Positions 1 through 10,189 are shown, numbered from the stretch's first letter. The stretch is 64,000 nt of DNA from Epithemia pelagica (GCA_946965045.2 OX337241.1:2418001-2482000); one strand, 5' to 3'. Notes: generated by a model from the letters alone, not told the origin. Translations and numbers: made by a program.

Positions 1-302
1 TGGGTGTTCTCGATCGTGGAAGGTTGTTGGTGCTTGGGATTGGATTTCAGAAGGCCCATGCTTTCGGCTCGAACTTGTCCCAATCGACGTGCCAAGGACG
101 ACATGAGAACCGGTCTCTTGGTATTGTTGTTGTTGTTGTTATGGGTGGCTGGATTCGTCGCATGGTGATGATTCGTCGTACCACAAAGAGTTTCGTGCGT
201 TCCACTTCTGGTGGATAGAGGCGTGAGAGATTGCAGTTCCTTTTGGTTGTGCTGGTTGTCACCACCACCACCACCAAGGCGTTCCTCTTCTTCTTCTTCT
301 TC

Positions 303-1733
303 TTATTCTTCTTGCAACAGTTCTTCCAAGGAACGTTCGGCATGTTCCAGTCGTCGTGGTTCCACACTGCTGTCTCCTCCTCGTGCTCCTCCTTCGTCCT
401 GCAGTGATTCCTCCTCCTCGGGTGTGGACTGTTGTTGTTGTTGGTGATGTCGCGCAAAGCGCTTTTTGTGCGGTCGTCGGTGAAACAAGGGCGAGGAGGA
501 GTCTCCTGTCTCCTCATCTTGTTGTTGTTGCGGTCGTCGTTCGGCCAGCCACGCCAATTGGTCAAAAAAGTAGGTCGCTTGTTGGGTTTCGGGCAAGACG
601 GCCGATCGAGCGTCCAATCCTTGGTCCTTGCATTCGCTCACGAGCAATTGATTCAAGTGGAGTTGCAATCGGGATTGCACGAGGGGTGGTACCACGACCC
701 GTTCAACCAGGCCTTGTCCATCCATACCCACCACCCAACACCAAAATTCGGCCACACCCAAACACACGACACCCACCAATTGCAAGACGAACCACACACG
801 AACGGAGGAGGAATCCACGGACAGCGAGGTGGCATCAGACATGTGGTTGCTGTTGTTGTTGTTGTTGCGGTGAGACTGTGAGGCATCCTCAGTGTTGCTA
901 CTGTTCTCGTTGGTGTGGTTCTTGTCTGTCAATGTTTCCATCAGTCGAGGCACATGGACGCGACACAGCTCGAGTTCCAAGACAAGGTAGGGTCCTTGAT
1001 GAAAGACCACGTGCACGTCCAAGTCCAATCCTTTGGACTGTCCCTTGGTTTGAATCTTGTGCGGCAAGCTGGTCGCCAATACCTTGGCCACCTTGTCGGG
1101 CGTCACGAATCGTTTGGCCACAAAATGGGCCGCCAATCGAACCGGTCGAGGCATGTTCTTGCGTTCGTCCAAGTGTTGTGCCACCACGCCACTGGGATCC
1201 AACACAACCAAATTCACATACAAGAGACGACGGGGTCGATTCGTCGAGTGGCGGCGTCGAGCAAGAGTAGCCTTGTGGTGGGTCGAGTCGGGAGATATCG
1301 TTGTCGGAACAGACTCGGCGAGAGTCGTCGTACTCTTTGTTGCTGCTGCTGTGGTGGTTGAATCCATCTTCTCGACCAGGAGGGCACTCATGGCGGTGCC
1401 CGCCGAAGCGACGGACGACGATTCGTCTTGGTCGTCCTCGTTGGAACCGTGATTCCACGACACGGCAGCCGCATCGGCCGAAGCCGTGCGGTTCCGCAAC
1501 CGCAAGGAACGACCCAAGGCCGTGGCCATGACGACGGGAGAAAACTGAGTGGTTGTTGAAGTTGTGGTTGGTTCGACGGCTGGACCCACGACACGACGAG
1601 GATGACGACGTGTCGGTGTCAGAGTGGTGGCAGTCGTCCTCGTGGTTGGTCCTGGTCGATGATTCTCCATACTGTACAAGTGCCTCTTGGATGGGTCGTT
1701 CGGGGAGGGCGGCTTTTCTAGAGACCCGAACAA
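303..1733 (-). CDS. Hypothetical protein, 476 aa, low-complexity ends with a globular-looking core and a hydrophobic segment
   Basis: Long ATG-initiated ORF. T/S/Q-rich termini are typical of the host genes in this window. Ordered core (RRLLYVNLVVLDPSG...HQGPYLVLELEL) and hydrophobic stretch VWFVLQLVGVVCLGVAEFWCWVVG. No family recognised. Confidence 0.6.
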   Translation of the reverse strand: MFGSLEKPPSPNDPSKRHLYSMENHRPGPTTRTTATTLTPTRRHPRRVVGPAVEPTTTSTTTQFSPVVMATALGRSLRLRNRTASADAAAVSWNHGSNEDDQDESSSVASAGTAMSALLVEKMDSTTTAAATKSTTTLAESVPTTISPDSTHHKATLARRRHSTNRPRRLLYVNLVVLDPSGVVAQHLDERKNMPRPVRLAAHFVAKRFVTPDKVAKVLATSLPHKIQTKGQSKGLDLDVHVVFHQGPYLVLELELCRVHVPRLMETLTDKNHTNENSSNTEDASQSHRNNNNNSNHMSDATSLSVDSSSVRVWFVLQLVGVVCLGVAEFWCWVVGMDGQGLVERVVVPPLVQSRLQLHLNQLLVSECKDQGLDARSAVLPETQQATYFFDQLAWLAERRPQQQQDEETGDSSSPLFHRRPHKKRFARHHQQQQQSTPEEEESLQDEGGARGGDSSVEPRRLEHAERSLEELLQEE

Positions 1734-1925
1734 CGAGAGACAGAGAGTGAGAGCGAGAGAATCGGGTGCAGCGTGTCAAGATTCTCGTTGTTGCCCAGTC
1801 GCGTTCTCTCGGTTCGACCCCCGCCGAATGCGAATGATCCTCGCTTTTGTCTCTCTCGAATTCGACAATGTTACAAAAGTTCCTTTTTTGGGTGGGTTTG
1901 TTCTCGTTGTTGTTGTTGGCGATGA

Positions 1926-2409
1926 CTCAATGTACATCAAAGTTTAAGCGGGATCAAGAAGCGGGATTGGACCACGTCACGGAGCCTGCGCATTGATTGT
2001 GAGCGAAGAGAGAGAGCCGGGCGAGATCCAGAGAACATCGCCGGCACACCGAACAGGAAATAGATGAGGCAGAACAGGCGTGCAATTCGGAAGTCGAATT
2101 TGAGAAAGTATGTGTATCGCATCTACTGCGACAAAACACTTCCTGTTCAATCTCTGAAGTGCTATCATGCAAGAACCAAGGACTCGGCCTTTCAAGAGAC
2201 CTGGCTTATATGGAAGCAGACAACAATGCGCCAAAATGAGGTCCCTAGTGGAGCGCAAGCATCGACCAGATCCACTGAGCCAAAGACGCAACAAACAAGA
2301 CAAGAGGGAGAAGGAGCTCTCACTCTTTAGATTTCCTACGGTTCGACGGCGAAGGCTTGATCACCTTTGGCGTTGTTCTGAGTTCTCTGAAGAGCTGAAT
2401 CTCCAACTT
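1926..2409 (+). repeat. Split direct repeat A1 (484 bp)
   Basis: Starts ctcaatgtacatcaaag and ends gaatctccaactt. The same sequence occurs at 10643-11126, and ORF-track translations within the two copies are identical. Confidence 0.95.
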
Positions 2410-2446
2410 CGGTTTCGCTGCGCTCACCCTCTCTTTCCTCTCGGTC

Positions 2447-4879
2447 ATGTCTGTTCCTCCGCCTCCTCCTGCTGATGATGAGGATGCTGTCCTCGCTTCG
2501 CTCGTCGCTCAGGCGTCGATTGCCACTCCCTCCGCTATTGGGGCCGCCCGTTCGTCTACGTCGGCTCTAAGGGGGGACCGCGGTCAGATCTCCTTTGCGG
2601 AACCCGCGGAAGACATGATGCAAGCATCGGACTCCACTACTCTCCCATCGTCCACGTTGTCAACCCTCGGTCGTCACACGTCGTCAAGTAAGTTTGGAGT
2701 GGTTGTTCTACGTACAAGGGAATGCGCCGAAAAGTTGTTGTGTTTGGGCCTCAAACGAGGCGGTAGCACCTTTTGCATTGACCCCAAGTGCGCGAAAGCC
2801 GGGGACCATGGAACTGGACTGCCCGCCTACGATTTGGGGCCCAATGGAGGACTGTTTATTGCCAAGAACCCAGCCTCCGCTTTCTGTACCCCCGTGGTAC
2901 CTCTAGAAGACATTTCTCAGACCACACTTGAAGAAATTCAGGGCGAGAAACATTCTATGGAAGACTGGACGAAGAAATTCGTCGCTCTCAAACGCTTAAA
3001 ACAAGTCACAAACGAAGGAAACCTAGAAGCAAGCCTCAAGGAAACGGAAAACAAGATCTCAAGCATGAAGGATTTACGCACTCCGTTTACTTTACAGAAA
3101 TCCAAGTCGAAGACTACTTCTTTTCTAATTCAGAACTTTTCCCCACACCACAAGATCTTATCTGGCGAACTAAAGGAAGTTGTCCGCCAGATTTCGTCTG
3201 ATTCGACCCTCATCCCCACCACCATCCGTGAGATCGAGGACTCAGTCACAGAAGCAGGTGACATCATTCGAGCTCTTTTCTTGGAACAAGAGGAGATGGC
3301 GAGGGAAACAGGAGATGCGGTAGAAGGTCTCGGAGTCAAATTCGACCAACTCTCTATGGAAATTGGACCCCGCGAAGAATTGCCCGAAGAATACCAAGCT
3401 CCCACCCTCTGGGGGATCATTTCTTCTATGATCAGGAGCATCCAGGAAACATCACCGTCGACAGCTGAAGCAAACCAACAAGCAATGGACAGTCGACTTG
3501 CTGGGGTGGAATCGTCGATTGGAACCTTCTTCTCACGCGTTCAAGCTGAGATGTCATCCAAGCTCTCAGCCGCTCAAATTGAATCTCGAAATGGTGTGGA
3601 CAAGCTCCGTTCTCAGTTTGTCAAAGGTTTTGAGGGTCTAATCGGTAGGATGTCGGCCCTTGAATCTAATTCCTCCACAGCAGAAAAACTTTTGGAACTG
3701 GAAAGTAAATTGCAAGCTCATGACATGGCATTGAATCGGGTTGCAACTCGAACCGCGTTTGCCTCTGGATCCTCTAGCATCCCAGCGCCTGACTTTTCGA
3801 AAGATCCAAAATTCATGGCGATGGAAGCTGAGATTGCACATCTTCGAACCATGGTCAAGGACGCAAACACTGTGATGCAACGTCTCCAAAGCAAAGTGGA
3901 CACATCTGCTATCAAGTTCGGGAGTCTTGGCGTGGCGTCGGTCGACGACTGCAAAGCCTGGGTGGCCCTCAAGTTTGGATCCCAAGCCTATGGACTCTTG
4001 TTCGATCTCAATCTTGTCTTGGAATGGTGTGCTCCTCAAGAAAACGGTGACGTTCTCTCCATGCTCACGACCATGGAGAAACGTCACAAAATGCAGATTG
4101 CAACCACGAATGAAGCTCGAGCCATTTACTCCATGAAGAATGAATTCCCCCAGTTGTTATACAAAGACTTCCCTGGTACGGGTCGTGACCCCTCCTTTCT
4201 TACAGCAATGAAGGAGTTTGCGGACTGGGAGACTCCGGAAACAGGAGTGCGCGATAGAATCCTCAATCGTTTGGGCAACATGAACTCGATGTTTGGGGAG
4301 CAGATTGCAACTACGATGTCTGCTGAACCAGAGGCGCGGGCTTTAGCACTGTCGATGCTATCTGTTTCGGTCGGTTGTTGTCGCGAACTTGTGACTTACT
4401 TTGACGAGACCATGAATGAACTCACTATCAAGTCGAAGTTTACTACCCGTAAGGCTTTTAGCCTTGTCACACAAGTTGTCCGCCGCTTCTTCATGGATTT
4501 GTACAAGGTGCGGGCTCAGGTTTACTCCTCCTTGTCCACCACCGACAGTGCGGGGCAATGTGCATGGATCCTCTATGGAGTTCTACGCACGCATGACGTC
4601 ATGTCCGAATACGTCAAAGCCCGTTTCAAAAATCACCCGTCGGTCTCTAGCGAATACATTCGCTTTTTATCTACCAATTCTGGCTTCGAATCCTTGAAGA
4701 CACTAGAGGATCAAGTCGACAGTTTGAAGAAAACCTCTTGTCAGTTAGTTAAAGATGTTACAGCCGCCAAAAAGGCTTCGGACACGGCTAGCAGCTCTAT
4801 CGACACTGTCAAGAAAGATGTGACGGAGCTGAAAAAGCAAGCTCAACGCCGCAATGGTCAGGGTGGTGACAAAAAGTGA
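2447..4879 (+). CDS. Gag-like ORF1 of the Ngaro/DIRS element (810 aa; N-terminal Cys/His cluster, coiled coils)
   Basis: First ORF after A1. Cys/His cluster CAEKLLC...FCIDPKCAKAGDH and heptad-rich segments. Its position matches gag in DIRS elements. Confidence 0.8.
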   Translation: MSVPPPPPADDEDAVLASLVAQASIATPSAIGAARSSTSALRGDRGQISFAEPAEDMMQASDSTTLPSSTLSTLGRHTSSSKFGVVVLRTRECAEKLLCLGLKRGGSTFCIDPKCAKAGDHGTGLPAYDLGPNGGLFIAKNPASAFCTPVVPLEDISQTTLEEIQGEKHSMEDWTKKFVALKRLKQVTNEGNLEASLKETENKISSMKDLRTPFTLQKSKSKTTSFLIQNFSPHHKILSGELKEVVRQISSDSTLIPTTIREIEDSVTEAGDIIRALFLEQEEMARETGDAVEGLGVKFDQLSMEIGPREELPEEYQAPTLWGIISSMIRSIQETSPSTAEANQQAMDSRLAGVESSIGTFFSRVQAEMSSKLSAAQIESRNGVDKLRSQFVKGFEGLIGRMSALESNSSTAEKLLELESKLQAHDMALNRVATRTAFASGSSSIPAPDFSKDPKFMAMEAEIAHLRTMVKDANTVMQRLQSKVDTSAIKFGSLGVASVDDCKAWVALKFGSQAYGLLFDLNLVLEWCAPQENGDVLSMLTTMEKRHKMQIATTNEARAIYSMKNEFPQLLYKDFPGTGRDPSFLTAMKEFADWETPETGVRDRILNRLGNMNSMFGEQIATTMSAEPEARALALSMLSVSVGCCRELVTYFDETMNELTIKSKFTTRKAFSLVTQVVRRFFMDLYKVRAQVYSSLSTTDSAGQCAWILYGVLRTHDVMSEYVKARFKNHPSVSSEYIRFLSTNSGFESLKTLEDQVDSLKKTSCQLVKDVTAAKKASDTASSSIDTVKKDVTELKKQAQRRNGQGGDKK

Positions 4880-6532
4880 CGGTGTGCCGCGTCTAACCTA
4901 GATGATGATGTTTCATGTGATCCATCTGGTTTAGACGCAGGTAGTATTGCTTCCTCGCTCAGCAGCCATCATCCGCCAGATCCTCCTGCTAGCATAAAGC
5001 GTTCGGCTCCTCCTCCATCTGTCACCATTCGAACAAAGCGTCCACGTGTTCGAGCAGTTGATCGCGGCTCCAAGACCTTTCGCAGTGATCTTTCGTGCTT
5101 GATCCTTGGTCAATCCGCCATTACCTGGGGTCTTGCATTGAGTGTGGGTGACTGGCATGGCATTTACATGCTGGCCAGTGAGTACGAGGCACGACGGGCT
5201 GACCCTTTTTGGAGCGCTGTTTTGGCTCATTGCCATGACAAATTGCATCTGGTTCCAAGCATCGACATGGTGTTGGGTCGTGGTATCATTTCTGTGGTAT
5301 TGTTGGAGGGAGACCCGGACTTCTTAGCTTCTTCATTGGCGCTTGTCCCTTCCAGTTGGCCGGTACTGCTTCTCTTACCATCGGGATGGTCTCGGCCACA
5401 TTTGCCTCAAGTCCAATGGTTGGCTGTCACTCATAAGCAGTGCGGTGGAGTTACTACCGCTCGGGTGCATGTTGGACGGCGTGGCTTGTCGCCTTTATTC
5501 TTCAAGTTATCGTCACGCCGCACGATTGGATCTATCCTGATACATTCGGTTCGACCTGAACCGTGCTCCCCGCCGTCCGTATCCTTGTCGACTTACGGGA
5601 GTGACGACTTACTCCACACCCGTCAACTGCACAAACCGGTCAAGTTCGCCACTCGGTTTTACAAGAACGGCTGGGGCTCCCGTGCCCTTACTCCGTTGGA
5701 ACTGGGTGCAGCTTTTGACCTCCCATTGTGGATCATGCAGATGAACGATTCGTTTGATTGGTGGATCCAGCATGTGTTGTCCCCTCGTTTCACACCCGTC
5801 AAAATCCCAGGCCAAGTCTTGACCACCGCCCTCCCTTTTCTCGAGCCGGTGCTGATTCACCATCTTAGCACCGCTGGCACCAAACACGGTGGTCCACCGT
5901 CCCCTTTGCGTCCCACCAAACGAGGACGGTGGCTGTCAGCCCTGGCCGAACACACGCAGAATGGCGTACTGGGCACACATATTCCTTCTTTGCCCGCCTT
6001 CTTGCCTCACGCTGCTTGGTTAGATGATTCCAAAATATCGGATATTGCCGTCAAATCTGATGACGCGGTCGCACCTTTTTGGATATGGAACGGTCGGATT
6101 CGTGGATTGTTTCCTTGGATTTCTGATCGGGCTCTGGCTGGGTTTCGTTTACTTGGGCTCCGTTGGTGGCGTCGTCGACTGTATCGAAGCTTTATCGCCT
6201 ATTTACGTCTTCGGTTTGGACAGGCATGGCCATCTTTGGTGTCCGATTCGACACTCCAGGGGGGGACTCTGAATTTTCGTTGCACTCTGCTCCTCTTGTG
6301 CGTGCCGCTGGATGTCAAGTGCTCTCGCAATTGTTGGCAAGCACGTGGTGGGATTGGGATGAAGGATCTTCTCTCATTTTTTGGCGGTGGAATGGCCTCG
6401 ACCAACAAAATGAGGCCTGGTTTGGGACACCCATTCATGTCACCGGCGCTCTTCCGTCCTATCATCGCAAGCAACGTCCTCCTTCCGACGATATGCTCGC
6501 TCAAGTCGGCGCCAAACTTTCGACAGTTTTGA
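4880..6532 (+). CDS. ORF2 of the element, in frame with gag after a single TGA; degenerate C5-cytosine-methyltransferase-like motifs
   Basis: Translating by hand from 4880 gives no stop until 6530-6532. THKQCGGVTTARVHVG and RALTPLELGAAFDLP resemble DNMT motifs VIII and IX. The domain call is an inference. Confidence 0.55.
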   Translation, partial: RCAASNLDDDVSCDPSGLDAGSIASSLSSHHPPDPPASIKRSAPPPSVTIRTKRPRVRAVDRGSKTFRSDLSCLILGQSAITWGLALSVGDWHGIYMLASEYEARRADPFWSAVLAHCHDKLHLVPSIDMVLGRGIISVVLLEGDPDFLASSLALVPSSWPVLLLLPSGWSRPHLPQVQWLAVTHKQCGGVTTARVHVGRRGLSPLFFKLSSRRTIGSILIHSVRPEPCSPPSVSLSTYGSDDLLHTRQLHKPVKFATRFYKNGWGSRALTPLELGAAFDLPLWIMQMNDSFDWWIQHVLSPRFTPVKIPGQVLTTALPFLEPVLIHHLSTAGTKHGGPPSPLRPTKRGRWLSALAEHTQNGVLGTHIPSLPAFLPHAAWLDDSKISDIAVKSDDAVAPFWIWNGRIRGLFPWISDRALAGFRLLGLRWWRRRLYRSFIAYLRLRFGQAWPSLVSDSTLQGGTLNFRCTLLLLCVPLDVKCSRNCWQARGGIGMKDLLSFFGGGMASTNKMRPGLGHPFMSPALFRPIIASNVLLPTICSLKSAPNFRQF

Positions 6533-8805
6533 ACCGCGGGTATTTTGATCTCAACGCGCCTATTGCAAGCATGTCGGACTACTTTGCCGTACCAAAAGGT
6601 GACAGCGATATTCGTATGGTCTACAACGGCACAAGTTGTGGACTCAACGCATCGTTGTGGGCCCCAAACTTTTGGTTACCATCTTCCGAATCTGCGTTAC
6701 GTCTCCTAACGTGCGATTCCTACTGTGGTGACATGGACTTAGGCGAGATGTTTCTCAACTTCCCGATGGACATTCGCCTTCGTCCATTTGCTGGTGTTGA
6801 TCTAACTCCGTTACGTGACCATCTTGCCACACCACCGTCTGAATCCAAACCCAAGCTCGCACGCTGGAACCGCCTTTTCATGGGCATGTTGCCCAGTCCT
6901 TTCCACGCGGCGCGGCATTACTACATTGCGGAAGAAATGGCCAAGGGATCCCCGCAAGACCCGACGAGCCCGTGTGGGTTTGATGCTGTGCGGTTCAACA
7001 TTCCAGGGTCCGCCGACTACACACCAACACTTCCCTGGGTGATGAAATGGAACTCGAAGCTAGACAACATTGCGGGTGATGTGGTAAGCTATATGGACGA
7101 CCTTCGAACTGTCGGGTCGTCTGCGGAGCACGTATGGCAAGTGGCAAGACGGTTGGGCTCTCGATTACAATACTTGGGCATTCAAGATGCTCCTCGAAAG
7201 CGCCGCCCACCGTCAAAAACACCAGGAGCTTGGGCGGGCAGCGTCCATCACATTTCGGAGTCAGCAGTGTCGAAAACGCTGACGCAAAAGAAATGGGATA
7301 AGGGGAAAGCCCTGTTGAAGAAATACGTGGAAGCGTTTGCCGAAAGCGACGCTCCAATCCTCGACCACAAACAAATGCAGAGAGATGTCGGTTTCTTCGT
7401 CCACCAAGCCTTGACCTTTAGTTCCATGATGCCATTTTTGAAGGGCTTTTACTTGACGATGAATGTCTGGCGGCCGGACCGGAACGGGGATGGCTGGAAG
7501 TTTTCGACAAGAGAATGGATATCTCAGTTGCAGGAAAAACTTTCGGATGCCGAGGTGAATACCTTGTGTGGTTTCCTAGAAGAAGACGAGGAAAGCGAAC
7601 CGTCCATGCAAGATTCAAAGGGGACGAAAGTGCGTTCGGAAAATCCACCGAAGTCAGTGAAAGCTGTTCCGCGTCTCAAGTCGGATGTCAAAGCGCTGGC
7701 AGCGATGCTCGCGGAAGAAGAGCCTCCAAAGGTCCAAGTGAGATCTTCGTCCGTTTACGTGGCCTTGTTTGGGTGTGGAGACGCGTCGGGATGCGGATTC
7801 GGCGCGGCCTTCCAGTTGCCACAGAAGAAATTGTCCTACAGAGTGGGCGTCTGGGGAAGAGACATTGTTGTTGAAGAATCCTCCAACTGGAAAGAGTTTA
7901 CCAACTGTGTTGAGTCGCTCGAGGAAGAAGCAACAACTGGCCAACTTGATTCCACGGAAGTATTCTTCTTCACCGATAATTCCACGGTGGAAAGGTGTTT
8001 CTATAAGGGGTCGTCGTCCAGCCCAAAACTCCTAGACCTCGTAATTCGTTTGAGGCGACTAGAAATGAAGCATGCCCTGAGACTCCATATTTCTCACGTC
8101 TCGGGTAAACGGATGATCGCTGTTGGAGTTGACGGAATTTCAAGAGGTCAGTTGAATGAAGGGGTGATGGCAGGATCGCCTATGCTGTCCTACATCCCCC
8201 TTCACAAAACTCCTATCCAAATGTCAGATACCCTCTTTGAATGGGTCCGATCTTGGTTGGGTGCCAAGACGGAGCTCCTAACCCCCATGGATTGGTTCAC
8301 TACTGGCCATGACATCAGGGGATGGACGCTCCCGTCGGATCATAACGATCTGTCCCTGCCAATCCTTCGGCCAGGACATTTCGTATGGGCTCCTCCCCCG
8401 GGAGGGGCAGACGTGGCTTTAGAAGAGCTTCGAAAAGCCCGTCATAAGCGTCAGTCTTCCATGCACGTCTTCTTGTGCCAACGCTTACTTACACCTAAGT
8501 GGTTTAAACAATTGCACAAGGCTTGCGACCTTGTGCTGGAAATTCCAGCGGGAACTTCGTTTTGGCCTGAAGGAAACTTCGAACCTCTAATCGTTGGTCT
8601 TGTTTTTCCTTTTATCAGGTCACAGCCATGGCAACTCCGAGGAACACCGAAGATGTTCTCAATGGATCGGAAATTGCGCAAAATGTGGAAAGAAGATCCC
8701 GTGGGTGGACGGGATCTTCTGCGCAAATTTTGCGTACAGTGTTGGAAAATGCGCTCCATGTCGGAGCGCATGGTGTCCAGGGTGTTATTCTTTGAGCGAC
8801 GATGA
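6163..8805 (+). CDS. Reverse transcriptase + RNase H (pol) of the DIRS-type element
   Basis: RT motifs GDMDLGEMFLNFP, RLFMGMLPSPF and YMDDLRT. RNase H motifs CGDASGCGFG, SSNWKEF, FFTDNST and VDGISRG. No internal stops. Confidence 0.92.
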   Translation: MVASSTVSKLYRLFTSSVWTGMAIFGVRFDTPGGDSEFSLHSAPLVRAAGCQVLSQLLASTWWDWDEGSSLIFWRWNGLDQQNEAWFGTPIHVTGALPSYHRKQRPPSDDMLAQVGAKLSTVLNRGYFDLNAPIASMSDYFAVPKGDSDIRMVYNGTSCGLNASLWAPNFWLPSSESALRLLTCDSYCGDMDLGEMFLNFPMDIRLRPFAGVDLTPLRDHLATPPSESKPKLARWNRLFMGMLPSPFHAARHYYIAEEMAKGSPQDPTSPCGFDAVRFNIPGSADYTPTLPWVMKWNSKLDNIAGDVVSYMDDLRTVGSSAEHVWQVARRLGSRLQYLGIQDAPRKRRPPSKTPGAWAGSVHHISESAVSKTLTQKKWDKGKALLKKYVEAFAESDAPILDHKQMQRDVGFFVHQALTFSSMMPFLKGFYLTMNVWRPDRNGDGWKFSTREWISQLQEKLSDAEVNTLCGFLEEDEESEPSMQDSKGTKVRSENPPKSVKAVPRLKSDVKALAAMLAEEEPPKVQVRSSSVYVALFGCGDASGCGFGAAFQLPQKKLSYRVGVWGRDIVVEESSNWKEFTNCVESLEEEATTGQLDSTEVFFFTDNSTVERCFYKGSSSSPKLLDLVIRLRRLEMKHALRLHISHVSGKRMIAVGVDGISRGQLNEGVMAGSPMLSYIPLHKTPIQMSDTLFEWVRSWLGAKTELLTPMDWFTTGHDIRGWTLPSDHNDLSLPILRPGHFVWAPPPGGADVALEELRKARHKRQSSMHVFLCQRLLTPKWFKQLHKACDLVLEIPAGTSFWPEGNFEPLIVGLVFPFIRSQPWQLRGTPKMFSMDRKLRKMWKEDPVGGRDLLRKFCVQCWKMRSMSERMVSRVLFFERR

Positions 8806-10189
8806 CCGGTTCTACGTCGCGTCGCGAAACACCATGGTAGAAGAATCGGATCAAGACCGTCTGGTGGCTGAGACTTGGAGGAGTCGCACCAGAGACCGTC
8901 GAGAGGATTTCAATCAAGCACGAGCCGGCGATCACATGGTCACGCCGTTCGAATGCGATTTGTGCGTGTTCCGGAAACTGCGACAAGAGGAGCCTGACTC
9001 GCAAAACCTAAAAGACCAGTACCTTCTCACTTGCATAAGACGAATGAACTTGGACGCCTTTTGGAGCAGGGCTACGAGTACGGTCATGCAGAACACGAGG
9101 AATGCAAAAATGATGATAGAAAAATCCAAGAAAGTTGGGATTCCATTCGGACCCTTCAGAAGCCCTGGTCCTTTCCCTAATTATGACCATTGTGGCTATC
9201 ATGTGGCTTTCCTAATGCTGGATGCGTCGTTGGATCAAGGAAAATATCATCGAGACAGAAAGCAGTTTGATACGATACGAAAATTTCGCTCTACCTATTC
9301 AAATCACGTGAGAGCAACGGCTTCTACGTTGGTAAACGGCCATCCGTTGGTGCTTACAGACAACAATGGAAAGGCCTTTTCCCGAATGGGTCAGGATGAG
9401 AGCGGTTCGTTATGGTTCTCCAGATTTGTGGAAGGATGTCGACGTCGAATGGGCCAAGATTGGCGACCTGATCAGGCCGTGACCAGTGAACTAATGCTAG
9501 CCTTGTTGGGCTCAATTGAAGAGGAGATTCTGGAGAACCGAGAAGAACACGACGCGTTCTTCCTTGTTCTTGCTGGCACCTTCTTTGCTACGTCGTACGT
9601 TTTGTCGTTACGAGGCCCGGAAGGTTTGCTGCTGGACTTGTATGCGCTTGTAAAGTACATGGATCTTTACAAGCAACGAAACTGTATTGTGGTTGGGTTG
9701 TGGGGGCAGTTCAAAGGAGAGCATATGGAACGCTCACACCTTTTGCCATGTTGCGACGAGACCAGCAGTGGAATAAAGATAAGACGATGGATAAATCGGG
9801 CAGTTTGCCTGTCCCAGGAGATGGGACGATGCTCGGGACCATTGATGCTCAATCGCAATGGGACCCCCATCACATCAAGAGCTTTGGACGACACTCTTCA
9901 TCGTCACTTGATAAAAATCTTCGTTGAGCGGAAGGACCTTTTCCCGCTTGCTGCCATCAAAGACGAAGAGGACATTATATCAAGATACGCAGTCTTTCGA
10001 TCCTTCCGAAGAGGATCAAATACGAGAGCCAAAGAAATTGGCGTTGCCACTCCAGACGTTGATACAGTCAACCGCTGGAGAACGAAAGAAAATGCGGGCA
10101 CAAACAAGCCAGGAGCCAGGATAGACCACATGTACGCCGATCTAAACTTGCTTGTGGGTCCGTTCTTGAGGTACACTTGGTCCATGTGA
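8594..10189 (+). CDS. Tyrosine recombinase (integrase) with N-terminal Cys-rich region
   Basis: Catalytic-type motifs LSLRGPEG (Arg), GQFKGE (Lys), RSFRRG and IDHMY (Tyr). Overlaps the pol 3' end by 212 nt in another frame, as is typical for DIRS. Confidence 0.9.
   Translation: MVLFFLLSGHSHGNSEEHRRCSQWIGNCAKCGKKIPWVDGIFCANFAYSVGKCAPCRSAWCPGCYSLSDDDRFYVASRNTMVEESDQDRLVAETWRSRTRDRREDFNQARAGDHMVTPFECDLCVFRKLRQEEPDSQNLKDQYLLTCIRRMNLDAFWSRATSTVMQNTRNAKMMIEKSKKVGIPFGPFRSPGPFPNYDHCGYHVAFLMLDASLDQGKYHRDRKQFDTIRKFRSTYSNHVRATASTLVNGHPLVLTDNNGKAFSRMGQDESGSLWFSRFVEGCRRRMGQDWRPDQAVTSELMLALLGSIEEEILENREEHDAFFLVLAGTFFATSYVLSLRGPEGLLLDLYALVKYMDLYKQRNCIVVGLWGQFKGEHMERSHLLPCCDETSSGIKIRRWINRAVCLSQEMGRCSGPLMLNRNGTPITSRALDDTLHRHLIKIFVERKDLFPLAAIKDEEDIISRYAVFRSFRRGSNTRAKEIGVATPDVDTVNRWRTKENAGTNKPGARIDHMYADLNLLVGPFLRYTWSM

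Noticed and set aside
1937-2475. Short ORFs in repeat A (and their twins at 10654-11204)
   Set aside because: They are identical only because the DNA is duplicated. They overlap on both strands and have no recognisable motifs.
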